Assembly (NCBI RefSeq): GCF_006345805.1
Contig: NC_043011.1
Span: forward strand, 65,608,464 to 65,672,463
Source: Octopus sinensis
Lineage: Eukaryota
Direction: 5' to 3'
Length of the DNA: 64,000 nucleotides
Shown piece by piece: positions 40,311 through 52,958 of the stretch. Within the stretch, counting starts at the first letter, position 1. Each line of letters starts with the position of its first letter. The translations under genes and the position numbers were made by a program. The notes beneath the pieces were generated by a model. It ran no database searches, was not told the DNA's origin, and saw only the letters and a list, made by a program, of their open reading frames with translations.

Positions 40311-41329
40311 TAGGATAAGGAATAGTAGGTCCAACTTTAGAATGTTGATATGCATGTAAAATGTTCCACACGGTTAAATATCATTTGATGTGCCATTTAG
40401 TACTTCAATATTTACGTCTGCGTATGTTTGTATATGTGTGAATAATGTGTTTATGTGCGAGAAGGCACATGTTTTTGTCTTTCGTTAATTTAATTTAATT
40501 TGTTCTCACGTTTTTCCCTTTAAACTTCTTTTTAAGTAATTTATACGCTGGAGGGAGGGCTGAAAGTTTGTTTTTACTGTAAATTCTCTTTTCTCCCAAC
40601 AAAGAAAAAAGAAAGGGATTTTGCATCGGTGCCACCGGTATAATTCAGACACAGGTTTGCGTGGCAACTGTCCTCCCCGTCACATACATAATATTGTTCG
40701 TCTTTGTCAACTTTCTTCTTTGCTGTTTAGAGACAGCCTGACGTAACTGGTCGATCTCGCCGCCAGCCCAATGAATTCTTCTGTAACCTACCTCTCCTAC
40801 TTTCAACATCGTTAATTTTGTGGCAGCTGCTATTCTTGATGCTGATATCGTTGGTGTATATATAACCATTTGTGTGTGTGTGTGCGTAACTGTGTGTATG
40901 TATCTTTGTGTGCATGTGTGTGTGTGTGTGTGTGTGTGCGCGTGAGTGTACTTCCGAATTACTTTGATTAAATAATCATAAAATTGTCTGAAATGTTTGA
41001 TTTCGCGTATTCAGTTTTTTTCAGGTGGCGGAATCATCATTCCACGAGATATACAAAGTAACCCTTGTCCTGCCTGATAGTTGTTGTCATGAATATATCT
41101 GAAAATATTTGATTCATTTAACAAACGACGTCAAAATATTACTCAGGTTTTAATGTGTAATTTACTTCCGGTATAAATGACAAATAATTATGAAATATAT
41201 TTAGTGAGATTCCGATATGACAACAGAAAATATGTGACGAATTTTTATACATTCAATATCAAAAATAATCCGGCTAAGGTTTTCAAAAATGATCTCTACC
41301 TAAACACATTCAGAGACGTTTATTTCAAT

Positions 41330-41530
41330 ACATCGCGTAACGGAAGAAGGCCTTTGGGTTTGATGTAATGTTTTTTATAACCCGGGCTTCTTTGTCTGCT
41401 TTCTCATTCACATAGGATTGTTGCAGCCTTTTTTCGATCTCTATCAGTGTTGTTTTTAGGCGGGACGTTTCGCTACTTTTGGGATGTTGGTTGAGACGAT
41501 TTGCAACCTTCGTCCGTCGACTCATGAGGA
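41330..41530 (-). mobile_element. Short LINE ORF2 fragment (region between APE and RT)
   Basis: EKADKEARVIKNITSNPKAFFRYA resembles KIAANASSNPKTFFAH of the CR1 copy but is a different family. Confidence 0.55.
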
Positions 41531-41534
41531 TCTT

Positions 41535-41589
<55 letters not shown>

Positions 41590-43004
41590 TATATATATAT
41601 ATATATATATACATATGCGTATATATTACAGTCGAAGATATTTCCTCAAAGTGCCTAACAGCTGGAGGTAAACCGGAATCATATTGTGGGGATGTATCTC
41701 TATAATCTATAATCTGTACTGCAATCCAATATATGAATGCTAAAAATGAAATTCAGACCAATTCTACGTCTATCGAGTGGAAAAATTGTGTGCAACAAAT
41801 ATTTTGTGATTTCAGCAACAACCTTGCTGTTAAAACTCCATAATGGTGCTTGGGGCCATTTTGAAAACTTTTTAGCAATACCTTAAAAGCATCCGTGTTT
41901 CGTACGCTGCAATTGAACCGTATAGTTTTTAATATATATTAGTATTTTTTTTTTCACAGACGATAGATATTTTATGATCTCCTGCCAAACGTATGTTTTT
42001 TCCTTGGTTAAAACATGCTTTAACTTTAGGCACAATCGAAGAAGTATACAAGAAAATTACGAAGCACAGGCGATTCCTTATGAAGGCGAAATGGCCTGAA
42101 GTTTCGATAGAAGGAGGGAAACATTTCAGAAATTCTTCGTAAGCACTGAAAATATTATGCTGATCTTTAAATTTCATTTACAATATGTTCATTTAATATC
42201 ATACAATAATTAAATAATATAAACTAAATAGAAATTACTAATGACTAATTTCCATACGGTACATGCGGCACTAATTAGACATGTTCGTTGATGATTGTTA
42301 GAATTCTCAAATACGGGTTCTACATCGTGCAAGTGTTTTCATTTGCGTAATGCGTACAAATAGCAGGGACTAAAACTTAATCGAAAAGTGTAATAGCTCC
42401 TATCAGCGTTTGCTATATAGGGAGAGAAAATGACGATTATATCTAATACGTGCGTTATTTATATATAACGACAATCTGTTTTGCAATCATTTTCCACCCC
42501 GGCAAATGTAGCACGTATTATCGTTTGCAAACACGCATATAAGGTATTATATTAAAACTTCTACTGTGTGCGTGTGTGTGTATTGTGTGCGTGTGTGTGT
42601 ATAATATTATTAAACGTTAGATATATATAGAGAGAGGAAATTATGCGGATGATTAAATTAGGTACATCGAGTATATCCGATATATTAATAAACCAATTAA
42701 AACATATGTATACAAGCAAAATAACAGGAATAAAGAGAGGGAAACTTTCAGATGATAATCTTCATGTTATGTATAAATATATCAAAAATTTTATCAATAG
42801 TTCCAACCGACAGAGAGTACAGATTTCACAGCAAATTAAAGGTATGGAAGAAAGGTGTGATCATCCAAACAGCTGTTTCTCGGGTGTCGGCAATCCCTGA
42901 TAATGAGCCGGGTATTTCATGATAATATGCGGCCGTATAGGTGAGACGTATCTCCGTCATCAGGGTAGAGAAGATTATAATGAAGAGATGTTCAACGAAT
43001 CATT

Positions 43005-43583
43005 CTTACTCTAGGAAAAAGGCCCGACATTTTGGGGAAGGCGACCAGTCAATTAGATCAAACCCAGAACTCAACTGGTACTCAATTTACCGCGCAAAGT
43101 TGACATCGGCGGAATTTGAAAACAGAACGCAAAGACGACGAAGCACTGTTAAGCATTTCGTCCGGCATTCTAACGTTGCTTATTTCATTTTTGTCCACAG
43201 GGGGTTAAACATACCGAGGACAAAAAAAGGATAGACAAAGTGATTACGTCGATTACATCGAACCCAGTGCGTAAAAGGTACTTAATTTATCGACCACGCA
43301 AGGGGTAAAGGTAAAGTCGACCTCGTCGGAATTTGAACTCAGAACGTAACGGTAGAAGACATACCTATTTCATTACTACCCACAGAGAGGCCAAACAAGG
43401 ACAGACAAACGAATTATTTCGATTATATCGACCCAAGTGCGTAACTGGTACTTAACTAATCAAACCCGAATGGATGAAAGGCAAAGTCGACCTTGACGGA
43501 ATTTGAACTCAGAACGTAAAGGCAAACGAAATAAGACTAAGCATTTCGCCCGGCGTGCTAACGATTCTGCCAGCTCGCCGCTT
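43005..43583 (-). mobile_element. Cluster of type 1 SINE copies
   Basis: Repeated GGAATTTGAACTCAGAACG and AAAGTCGACCT; head GCGGCGAGCTGGCAGAATCGTTAG at ~43560-43581. Confidence 0.8.
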
Positions 43584-43586
43584 GCA

Positions 43587-44000
43587 GAGAAGTTCAAAGA
43601 ATGAATGTTCATTGTTAGCCCTATGCGAACTGCACAATTAATGAAGTAATCACAATAGTGATGATGAAATGTATCGCTTAACATTGGATGAGACGGATCA
43701 ACGTCATCGGCAATGATTTCAGATCTTAATGTAGAGAAGTTCCAATAATAACTGTTCATTGTTAGCTTCATGTATAGTGCGCAATTGTCGTGGTAATCAC
43801 GAGAGTTGTGAGGAATTTTACCGACGTTGCTGTAGTTGTATATTAAGTTTTATATTCAAAGAGTTCTTACTCATTCTGTTAGCATTAATATTATTACTAG
43901 CAAAAGATGCATTATTGGTGTCACTCCGAATTTCATACACCGGATCGACCTCTACAATAAACCATAGACCTAGACTGGCCTTTTTTACCTGTATGATGAA
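43587..44000 (-). other. Degenerate 147-bp-period tandem repeat with protein-like minus-strand frame
   Basis: GAGAAGTT..GTTCATTGTTAGC..GTAATCAC recurs at 43587 and 43734. Translation gives DYHDNCALYMKLTMNSYYWNFS and DYFINCAVRIGLTMNIHSLNFS. Confidence 0.4.
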
Positions 44001-44199
44001 CCATACAGTAGTAGTTCAAACATTATTGAATCACTTTCAAATTTTCGTTTACCTTACTCTATGTCCATTAAATATCTAAATGCATTTGATACCGTGAGAT
44101 GCAGAAAGATATATTTCATATCCAAACTATGTTCCCAACTTATCCTATGATATATACATTGCGTAAGTGAAGAGGTATTCTATTTGGTATACATAAAAA

Positions 44200-45168
44200 G
44201 AGATAGAGATAGATCGACTGATAGCTATATGGATACTAGATATATAGGTTGATAGATAGATAGATAGATAAATAGATAGAAAGATAGGTAGATATGTAGT
44301 TAGGTAGGTAGGTAGGTAGGTAGGTACATATGTTGGTGGATAGGTACATGATTGATATGTAGATGGGTAGATAAATAGATTGATATATACATCGGTATGT
44401 AGATATATAAATAGAGAATTAGAAAAAATAGATATATAAATAGAAAAATATAGATTGATAGATACTTAGGAAGATATGCCCATAGATAAATATATAGATG
44501 GATAGAAAGAGGGAGAATGCATAGATAGATATACAGATAGGTAGCTAGGTAGATTGATATATTGGCAGGTAGGTAGGTAGTTGGATAGAAAGGTATGTAT
44601 GTATATATGTGTGCATGTATGTATGTATATATGTATGTATGTATGTAGGTATGTAGGTAGGTAGTAGGTAGGTAGGTAGGTAGGTAGTGAGGGAGGGAGG
44701 TAAGTATGTAGGTAGGTAGGTAGGGGGATGGATATATAGCCAAATATGTAGAGAAATTAACAAACAGATATGTAAATAGACATATTGATATATAGAGAAG
44801 TTCATACAAAAATATATCGATATTCGATTATGTGGATATGTAGATACAGGGATAGACAAATAGAGGGATAGACGTTTAAATGGAGAATTATATACAGGAA
44901 TAGATCGACAGATAGCTAGAAAAAGTGAAAGATTCGTAGATAAATATATAGATATGTAGATACATAAATAGATAGATAAATAGATACGTTGGTAGATAGG
45001 TAGGAATATATGTAGAAATAAATGTAGACTAATAGATAGAGTTAGTTAAATAGATACATAGATAGATAGATACATAAATATATAGATATAGATGGATAGA
45101 TAGATAGACAGAAATATAGAGAGCGAGGTAGATAGATAGATAAAGTGATATATAGAGAGATAGCTAGG
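44200..45168. repeat. Long degenerate (GATA)n/(TAGG)n/(TATG)n low-complexity tract
   Basis: Directly visible. Confidence 0.95.
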
Positions 45169-46440
45169 TATCAGATCACCCTATGATTTCTGTCCGATTT
45201 TACCTTTTTTTAAAAAATTGAATGACATTTAATAGTATTTTAGAATGTCTAATGGAATTAAAATTATTTTTATCTATTTGTGTACATTTACACTAATTAA
45301 ATATTACTTTACAGAATAATGAAATTAAAATTTCTTTGATTAAAACTCTTTCTAACATGGAAGTATCCAAAGCGCATTTGTGGAATATAATGCTTTATGA
45401 GTAAAAAAAAGAGAAACTCTGCAGCCGAAGCGACGCGAAACATACACTCAGTTTATGGGAAAGAATGCTTGAATGAAAGAACTTGCAGAAGGTGGTTTGC
45501 AAAATTCTGAAGTGGAGATTTCAGCTTTGAAGGTAAAAATCGAAAAGGACGTCCAGCGGAGTTTGCTGATAACCTCCTTGAGGAATTACTTGATGAAAAT
45601 CCTGCATTATCAGTTGAAGAATTGGCAATAAGGTTTAGTTGAAGCTGTCATCGTCTTCAACAAATTGGAAAGTTTCCAAAACTTGGAAAATGGGTACCTC
45701 ATAAATTGTTCGAAAGCAACCGCAAATCTGCTCTTGCCTCCATTCTTGAGAACTCATTTCACCCTTTTTGGGTAGACCTGTGACTGGTGACGGAAAACGG
45801 ATCATCTATCTAATTGTTAAACGTCGTAAACAGTGGCTTGGTAAAAGGGGAAAAGTTCAACCGAAATCGAGAAGAGAGCTTCATGTGAAAAAGGTTCTTC
45901 TCTCTATCTGGTGGGATTGCAAAGGAGTAATTCACTTTGAATTGTTACCACCTAATGCAACAATGAATGTTCAAGTCTACTGCCAGCAATTAGAGCGTTT
46001 GAACCAAACTTTGAAATAAAAAACCCGCTGTTGTGAATAAAAACGAAGTGATGTTTCCTCGGGTCAATGCGAGACACCACACTGCAAAGATTACTGCGAA
46101 GAGCTTGGTAGCGAAGAAATTCCTCATTCACCTAATTATCCCGATCTACTCCTTCAAACTACCATCAGTTTCGTAGTATACAGAATCATTTGAGGGACAT
46201 AAATTTCGCCACCCAGGAGGAGATCGAAACTGACATTTCTTCGCCTCGGTTTCAAAGTCCTTCGCTTTGATACCAAAAGAGATTTACATTGATGGGATTA
46301 AAAAAGCTTGTAAATAGATGGAAGGAAGGCATAGATAATCAAGGAAAGTACACTGATTATTAAATTCCAATTAAATATGACATATGAACACTTGTTTTCT
46401 TTATTCAAAATTCGAACAGAACTTATGGGATGACCTGATA
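45169..46440 (+). mobile_element. Full-span mariner transposon, inactive
   Basis: TA-bounded TIRs TATCAGATCACCCTATGATTTCTGTCCGATTTT / AAAATTCGAACAGAACTTATGGGATGACCTGATA, 1272 bp apart. MEVSKAHL..ATRNI..RRWFAKF, then VTGD and KKVLLSIWWDCKGVIHFELL, with stops and frameshifts. Confidence 0.92.
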
Positions 46441-47170
46441 GATAGAGGGATTGATCGACAATAGTTATTGATTTTTTTATCAGTATCTGTATGATTTTGT
46501 AAAAATATTGTACAATAACTATCATAGAAATAATATATTTCATGCCCACAGTCTTTTCTCTTGAATGCATACTCGTAAAATTGAGAAGGGCATGTTTCTC
46601 TACCCATATGCTTGCACTCATCCCAAGTGATGTAGGCGGTTGCGGCATCTACAAAATGAAAGTAAGTATATTTCTTTTTTATATCGTATACTACTACATC
46701 GAATTTTATTAGCAATGCATTACGAAATACATGTTTGATCTTGTCATTATTTGCTTTCAACAAATTTGAGGGAAAAGGAAGACACAGGATTTTGAACAAT
46801 GATATAAATTCTCATAAATGAGTGGTAAGATATTGTCATGCCCGCTCACCGCTACGTTTATTTAATATTATTTAATAAACGAACTATAATATATATACAT
46901 ATGTATCATAATTAATGTTGACAACATTTTAAGATTACCATAAAGTAGAAAGTATTATTAAGTCCTTAACTAGATATCACAATGCAAATATTATTATAAG
47001 TGATAAAATCAAATTTTAGTTATTAAATTACGTAATATAAATTGTTCGCTATAGAAAATAACAAACGCCTGTATCTGACTTTAGGAGCGATATTTAAGAG
47101 GATATGATGAACGATATATGAATAAATATAATCAGTCACAAGAAGAAACTATTAAGATACGCTACGATAC
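46441..47170 (-). pseudogene. Copy 3 of the unassigned Cys/Trp-patterned protein family, cut off by mariner and GATA tract
   Basis: TTATCTTTAG acceptor at 47171-47180. DNILPLIYEN, then an open stretch LPFP...YDIKKKYTYFHFVDAATAYITWDECKHMGRETCPSQFYEYAFKRKDCGHEIYY (ORF track 46401..46799). Confidence 0.7.
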
Positions 47171-47534
47171 CTAAAGATAATTCAAGAATTTTATTATTTA
47201 AAATGGATAAAGACAATATAGTGCGGCGATTATACATACTGATCACCTACTTACTTATGACTACCAAAAATCTTGAGTTATATATTATTTATTTAATAAT
47301 CTATTGTACCTGTATAATTTTAATTCGTTCGCGATTCAACTCATAACATTTTGTTGCAAAATAACTGGTGTCGGTCTTTTGTTAAAATTCATACCCGCAA
47401 TTTGACGCTGATTATTGCATTTTTAAGGGATATACGTTTTTTTTTTATTTCTAAATGTGAAGACAAAAGTATTTTAGTTGCAAATGATATGTAATTAAGC
47501 TACAAAAGTAGGAACGTAGACTCAGGTATCAAAA

Positions 47535-47581
<47 letters not shown>

Positions 47582-48087
47582 GACTAAAGCCACCTAACGA
47601 AACGATTGGTCAAAACGTTGATGACGTCACGCTACGCTGGACTGACCACCTGACAGGTATTATAAAACCCGAACAATCCACAAAACTCACCAGAATAACC
47701 CAGCGAATAACCACCATGGGTCATCACAATTGCTCAAGGTAAAAATGAATTCCTCGCTCTTTCGGGAACATCAATCCTCTGTATTGACTGCTTTCCACCA
47801 CTTTGATCTGTTTTTTGTATTGAATACGTATCGCCACCGCGGGCCACTGCATCGAAAACTTTGAACATATAGCATGAATGAACTTACTTCAAACTATATC
47901 TGAACTTTAAGATGTCTGACTCCGTTGAGTATTGTAAATGAATTTCTTGCGTTTGACGGCATGAGGTGTCTTTTTTTATATATAACTTTTTATGATAAGG
48001 TTCATTTCAGGAACTGAAACATGTTATAAAGTATATATAAAAATTAAAAATTGTATAATATAGCAGCATTTTCGAACTTCATTTTTT

Positions 48088-48170
<83 letters not shown>

Positions 48171-48233
48171 GGAGTAACACATAAATGTGAAACAAGGTGG
48201 AAAAAAGAGTACAGAAATACCAGTGGTAGAGTA

Positions 48234-48332
48234 ATATGCTTTATTTAAAGCAGCAGAAAATTCAACAAAACCTGTTACTCTGGGAAACTCAGTGTAACAG
48301 GTTTCGTTGAATTTTCTGCTTCTTTAAATAAA

Positions 48333-48338
<6 letters not shown>
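48234..48338. repeat. ~45-bp-arm hairpin within a short insert between (TA)n tracts
   Basis: ATGCTTTATTTAAAGCAGCAGAAAATTCAACAAAACCTGTTAC pairs with 48294-48338 with 3 mismatches and a 15-nt loop. Confidence 0.9.
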
Positions 48339-48431
<93 letters not shown>

Positions 48432-49280
48432 TATGTCTGTCTATGTACATATTTATATATAGCGAGAGAGAGAGAGAGAGAGAAATGCAAGAACAATAGA
48501 TTTTTCTCATCGAATCGCCTGCGTGTTTACGTGCACCTGCTTACAAGCTTGTAAATTTAATATGTGATACCCTTGGCCAGAAGGGTAGCTTACTGTATAC
48601 CCGTTGCTTGGATATACATCGCTGCAAGTGTTCCACTGGCAATGAAATAATCATAGCCTGGATATATCGCACTACATTCCTTAACTTATCATATATGTGT
48701 GTATGTATGTATATGTATTTTTCATTTGTGTGTATGTGAGTGTGTGTATGTGTTGATAATTTGAGAAAGTTATATCCTCATTAGAGATTGTATAATGTAA
48801 TGTATTCCACTGGTTAATCCGTAAGATATAATGCAATATTCATTGGTATTTTTTCAGGATTATAAATATCATCAATATTAGGGGAAGCAAGAGAAACGAA
48901 GCGGGAATGAATGGATTTGAATAATAATTTTTTTTACATATTAGAAAAGTATGACATTCAAAAAAATCCACAAGGTTACAAATAACTTAAAAGCTCGTAA
49001 AATAAATTGAAATGCAAAAATACCTTCATATAAGTTTCAATCATATCATCTAGTTGTTGGGAATTTCGATTCATTTACTTTAATGCTATGAAAAACAAAT
49101 ACATTTCAAATGCATGATGAGGAATTGTTTGGCGTTGATATAGAGCTCATAGAAGTTAGTTGATCAGTTTTTCTTTAGAGCTAAGTACAGACTGTTAATG
49201 GATAAAAAGTGTAATTCAAATGTTGACAGTGTATTTGTTTGATAGGTTTCAAATATTGAAAATATTAAAATAAATAAAAT

Positions 49281-49549
49281 AAATGCACACTTTTTAAAGC
49301 CTAGCGAGGCCCATGGACCCGGTTTCCCGGTTTCCCTGGTGTATGTTTTCCCCAGTATGGACGGGACGCCAGTCCATCGCAGCGTTACTCGCGTTTGCCA
49401 GCTGACTGGACTGAAGCAACGTGAAATGAAGAACACAACGCGTCGCCCGGTCAAATCAAGAACACAACGCGTCGCCCGGTCCTGGAAAGGAAACCAGAAT
49501 CTTACGATCATGGCTCTGACATCCTAACAACTAAGCCACGCGCCTCCAC
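49281..49549 (-). mobile_element. tRNA-derived SINE (type 3) with internal 24-bp tandem duplication
   Basis: Minus-strand head GTGGAGGCGCGTGGCTTAGTTGTTAG; AAGAACACAACGCGTCGCCCGGTC occurs twice. Confidence 0.75.
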
Positions 49550-51660
49550 ATTTGTAAATATAGTTTAAACTATTTATACTCTTATAATTTGAAAACGGAT
49601 TAATAAGATAAATAGATCAATAAAGTAGCCACAAAAACTCAAAAATAAGGTACGGACAAAAAAAAATTTAAATGACGGTAAAAACATTAAAACATTAAAA
49701 ATATAAACAAAATGAAAATAAATAGAAAAAAACTCTAAAAAGTATAAAATTAATTAAAAAGTAATATAAAATAGAATAAATAAATAAAACAAAATCAGAT
49801 GAATTATCCCCCAAAATAAAAGAACTCCTAGGCAGTATTGTTACTGGTTTAGTGAGAGATCCATATACGAGGGGTTCACTGTGTAGGATGGAGGGAATAA
49901 TTTCAAGAAGAGACGTTATAATGTGTATCCCTTAAAGATTACAATTGAACCGTTATTGATTAGAGTTTGTATATGCATATGGAAAGGCTAATATTAGATT
50001 AAAGCAATTGGGTGCTGGGACTATAAACCTTAAGTATACAGTGAGTCATATGTGTTTTATTGAGCACATTGATGCAAAGAAAAATAAATACACACACTCA
50101 TACATACACTTATACAAGCTTGCATATAAGGGTATACATGGATATACATAAATATGTGCATATAGACACATACTTATGTATACATAATCCCCCATATTTT
50201 TAGGTCTGAACACACATCGAGGGTTATATTTGTACAACAAATTTAGATTCAGATGAATATGGCACTTAAGTTGATGCACCAGAATTTAGTACGGTATTAT
50301 CCATAAAATTTCAAAGTAAAGCGATTAGAATAAAAAACAAAACAGAAAGGATATGCAGAGGTAATGCAGTGCGGCCTTTTCACGCAACTCCGTTTAAATC
50401 AACAATCTCATAAGAATCAAGATTTATTTGAAGCAATAACATGGGATTTGCTAAAGGAAAACTGAAATCAAGATATTAGCTGACAATTTAGTCGGCTGGC
50501 CTCTAGCAGACCATTGATAATGAAACGGAGGAAATCTTATCATGTAGTACTATAGTGAAATATTTTAAGCAATACTAACTAATCAGATGGTATTACTGAT
50601 GGTGTCAGTGTATATACTGGTATTTAATGAAGGAGTACTTAGTTAAAGCAATATGCTATGAATTAATTTAACTATAATCTAAGCAGTTTATTTTAAGTAG
50701 TGAATTTACCAGTTTTGTTATATATAAGGAAAGTATGAATTCATAGAGGTACAAATATTAGATTTCTTGTATAAATAAATAGATAAAGTCTATTAAAAAA
50801 CAATTAGGAAATAAGATAATCAGGTAGGGCAGAAGAGCATAGGAAAGGAATAAAATAGCTTAATCACTAAAAACATGATAAAGTATAGGTAGCTTATTAA
50901 CCACAATAGATAAGAATAGAAAATGAATAATAATTCAAAATATACTAAACTAAAAATTATATATTTACTTATATAGCTGGAGTCAATAAAGAGTAATACC
51001 TAATATTAGTTAAGGGAATATTTATGTTATGGGACATTCTATGTTTACACTAATTTTTTAAAACTAAGGGTTATATTATATGTTTCAGAAGTTATTATTG
51101 TAACCCTTACATGATATTTTTAATTTCTTAAGGGTATTTAATTAGAAGGGTTACTTATATATAGACCTTTATAAATACTAAGATCAGGAGGGAGGAAAAC
51201 TTTAATAAAGGGATAAATCAAGTAACTTCTAAAGATCAATTCAAACAATATTGCCATATTCTATAAAGTTTAAATTTACGGTAGTCAAGAAGATTATTAA
51301 GAATGATATTATAACAAAAGGGTAATACTTCTATGAATACATTTGAGAATATATCAAATTTTAACACGATACAGACAGAAAGGAAATTACATATAAATCG
51401 TTTGATATTTAATCTTATTATTTATCTAAACATTACCATATTAGAAGTTAACAAAAAGTAGGGAGGAATAATCTCAATAAAGAATATGGTGACATATTTT
51501 CTATTTTTGTAATTATGAGTTACGGTATTATTTCCGTTGCTTTATTTTTAAATTCATTTGTACTATTAAGATACTTTATAAATATAGTCATCATTTCAGA
51601 ACATCCAAATACATTATTTATTACGTCCATTCATTCTCCATCTTCTTATTCTTGTTTTCC

Positions 51661-51690
<30 letters not shown>

Positions 51691-51695
<5 letters not shown>

Positions 51696-52222
51696 GAAAT
51701 ATTAAAATTACTAAGTCTCTATAAAAGAGATTACGGCAGCGTTTACTGGAAAATAATTGTTATCGCCATATTAATATGGCATTCTTATAGATATAAGAAT
51801 AATCGCTGCCATGGTCAGCTCCATGAGGCCACCGCCATCAAGATAGCTATTGATACACGATCTGTATCCTTTATAACCTTCGAACAAGACTAGAGACTTA
51901 GTAATTTTATTATTTCTATTATTGAAAACAAGTGGATGCATTCCACTGAAACTAGGTAAATATAAGCCTTCGAACAGAGACGTCAGTGGCGACACCTGCG
52001 GGTCTGACTGCGCTACATTGACAAGGGGCAATACCCCGAAAAGCGTCTGTAGCTGTCAGACTGGCAGTGTGAAGCGGCTGACCTCCCTTGTTCGAAGGTT
52101 ATAATGGATACAGATCGTGTATCAATAGCTATCTTGATGGCGGTGGCCTCATGGAGCTGACCATGGCAGCGATTATTCTTATATCTATAAGAATGCCATA
52201 TTAATATGGCGATAACAATTAT
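51691..52222. repeat. Foldback element with interleaved inverted repeats
   Basis: 136-bp arms 51753-51888 / 52087-52222 (1 mismatch seen) and 31-bp arms 51691-51721 / 51891-51921 (1 mismatch). (TA)n on both flanks. Confidence 0.93.
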
Positions 52223-52304
52223 ATATATATATATATGTATATATATTCTTGAATGTATTGCAACTTAGATCTTACGCCTCCTCTAATGAAATAATATTAC
52301 TTAC

Positions 52305-52351
52305 AGATATGAGAAGAGCAATAAAGATAGATATACTTAGCATGGCTTTTC
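52305..52351 (-). other. Candidate first coding exon encoding a signal-peptide-like segment MLSISIFIALLIS
   Basis: ATTTTACAG acceptor, GAAAAGCC-ATG (52343), 13 mostly hydrophobic codons, then a canonical GTAAGT donor in phase 0. Confidence 0.5.
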
Positions 52352-52781
52352 CTGTAAAATACTAATTCCGACTATGTATGTTTCACTTCCTCGTTTGTTT
52401 GTCTCTCTTCAATTCACTTCCTCCTTATCTTAAATGATGCAATATAATGTAACATGTGTTTTATTCAGAGTGCATAGTCTTTCTAACCGCTTTGTATTTT
52501 TATATATATTGCACAATATTTGACGTTTGTACGGTTTATGTGAGATTGTACCATATTCAGTATTGATTTGCTTTCGATGTATGGCCATGCTAAATCTAAA
52601 TGTAATAGCGCTGAGCTAGTATGAATGCTATTTCATAGGTACTTCGTAAATTCATACTGAACAGAATATTCCATAGCTTCGCTCTTCGCATCTGCATATT
52701 AAAACACATTAGTCAAAAATTAATCGAGAGAATAATTGTTAGAAATGAACGCGAAATTTTTATAAAATATTAATTGTTCTG

Positions 52782-52824
52782 ATCATGATAATGATGATGA
52801 TGATGACGATGATAATGATGATGA

Positions 52825-52887
<63 letters not shown>

Positions 52888-52958
52888 TAATAATAATAAT
52901 CATAATAATAATGATGATGATAATAATAATAATAATAATGATAATAATAATGATAATA
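52782..52958. repeat. (TAA/TGA)n tract upstream of R4 family D
   Basis: Directly visible. Confidence 0.95.

Noticed and set aside
41961-42140. Possible plus-strand exon after T-run CACAG (..FMISCQ..)
   Set aside because: Only a faint resemblance to TIR-domain starts; in-frame stop and no supporting neighbouring exons.
42866-42968. Hammerhead-like pieces (CTGATGA-CGGAGA..; GAAACAGCTGTT)
   Set aside because: The CTGATGA motif is followed by TATA instead of GAAA with no stem I, and the GAAA palindrome has no upstream CUGANGA.
50400-51510. Possible NUMT (ND5-like look, AT-rich, CpG-poor)
   Set aside because: No diagnostic mitochondrial motif could be read in any frame. Faint traces fit an ancient LINE RT equally well. 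Needs BLAST; left unannotated.
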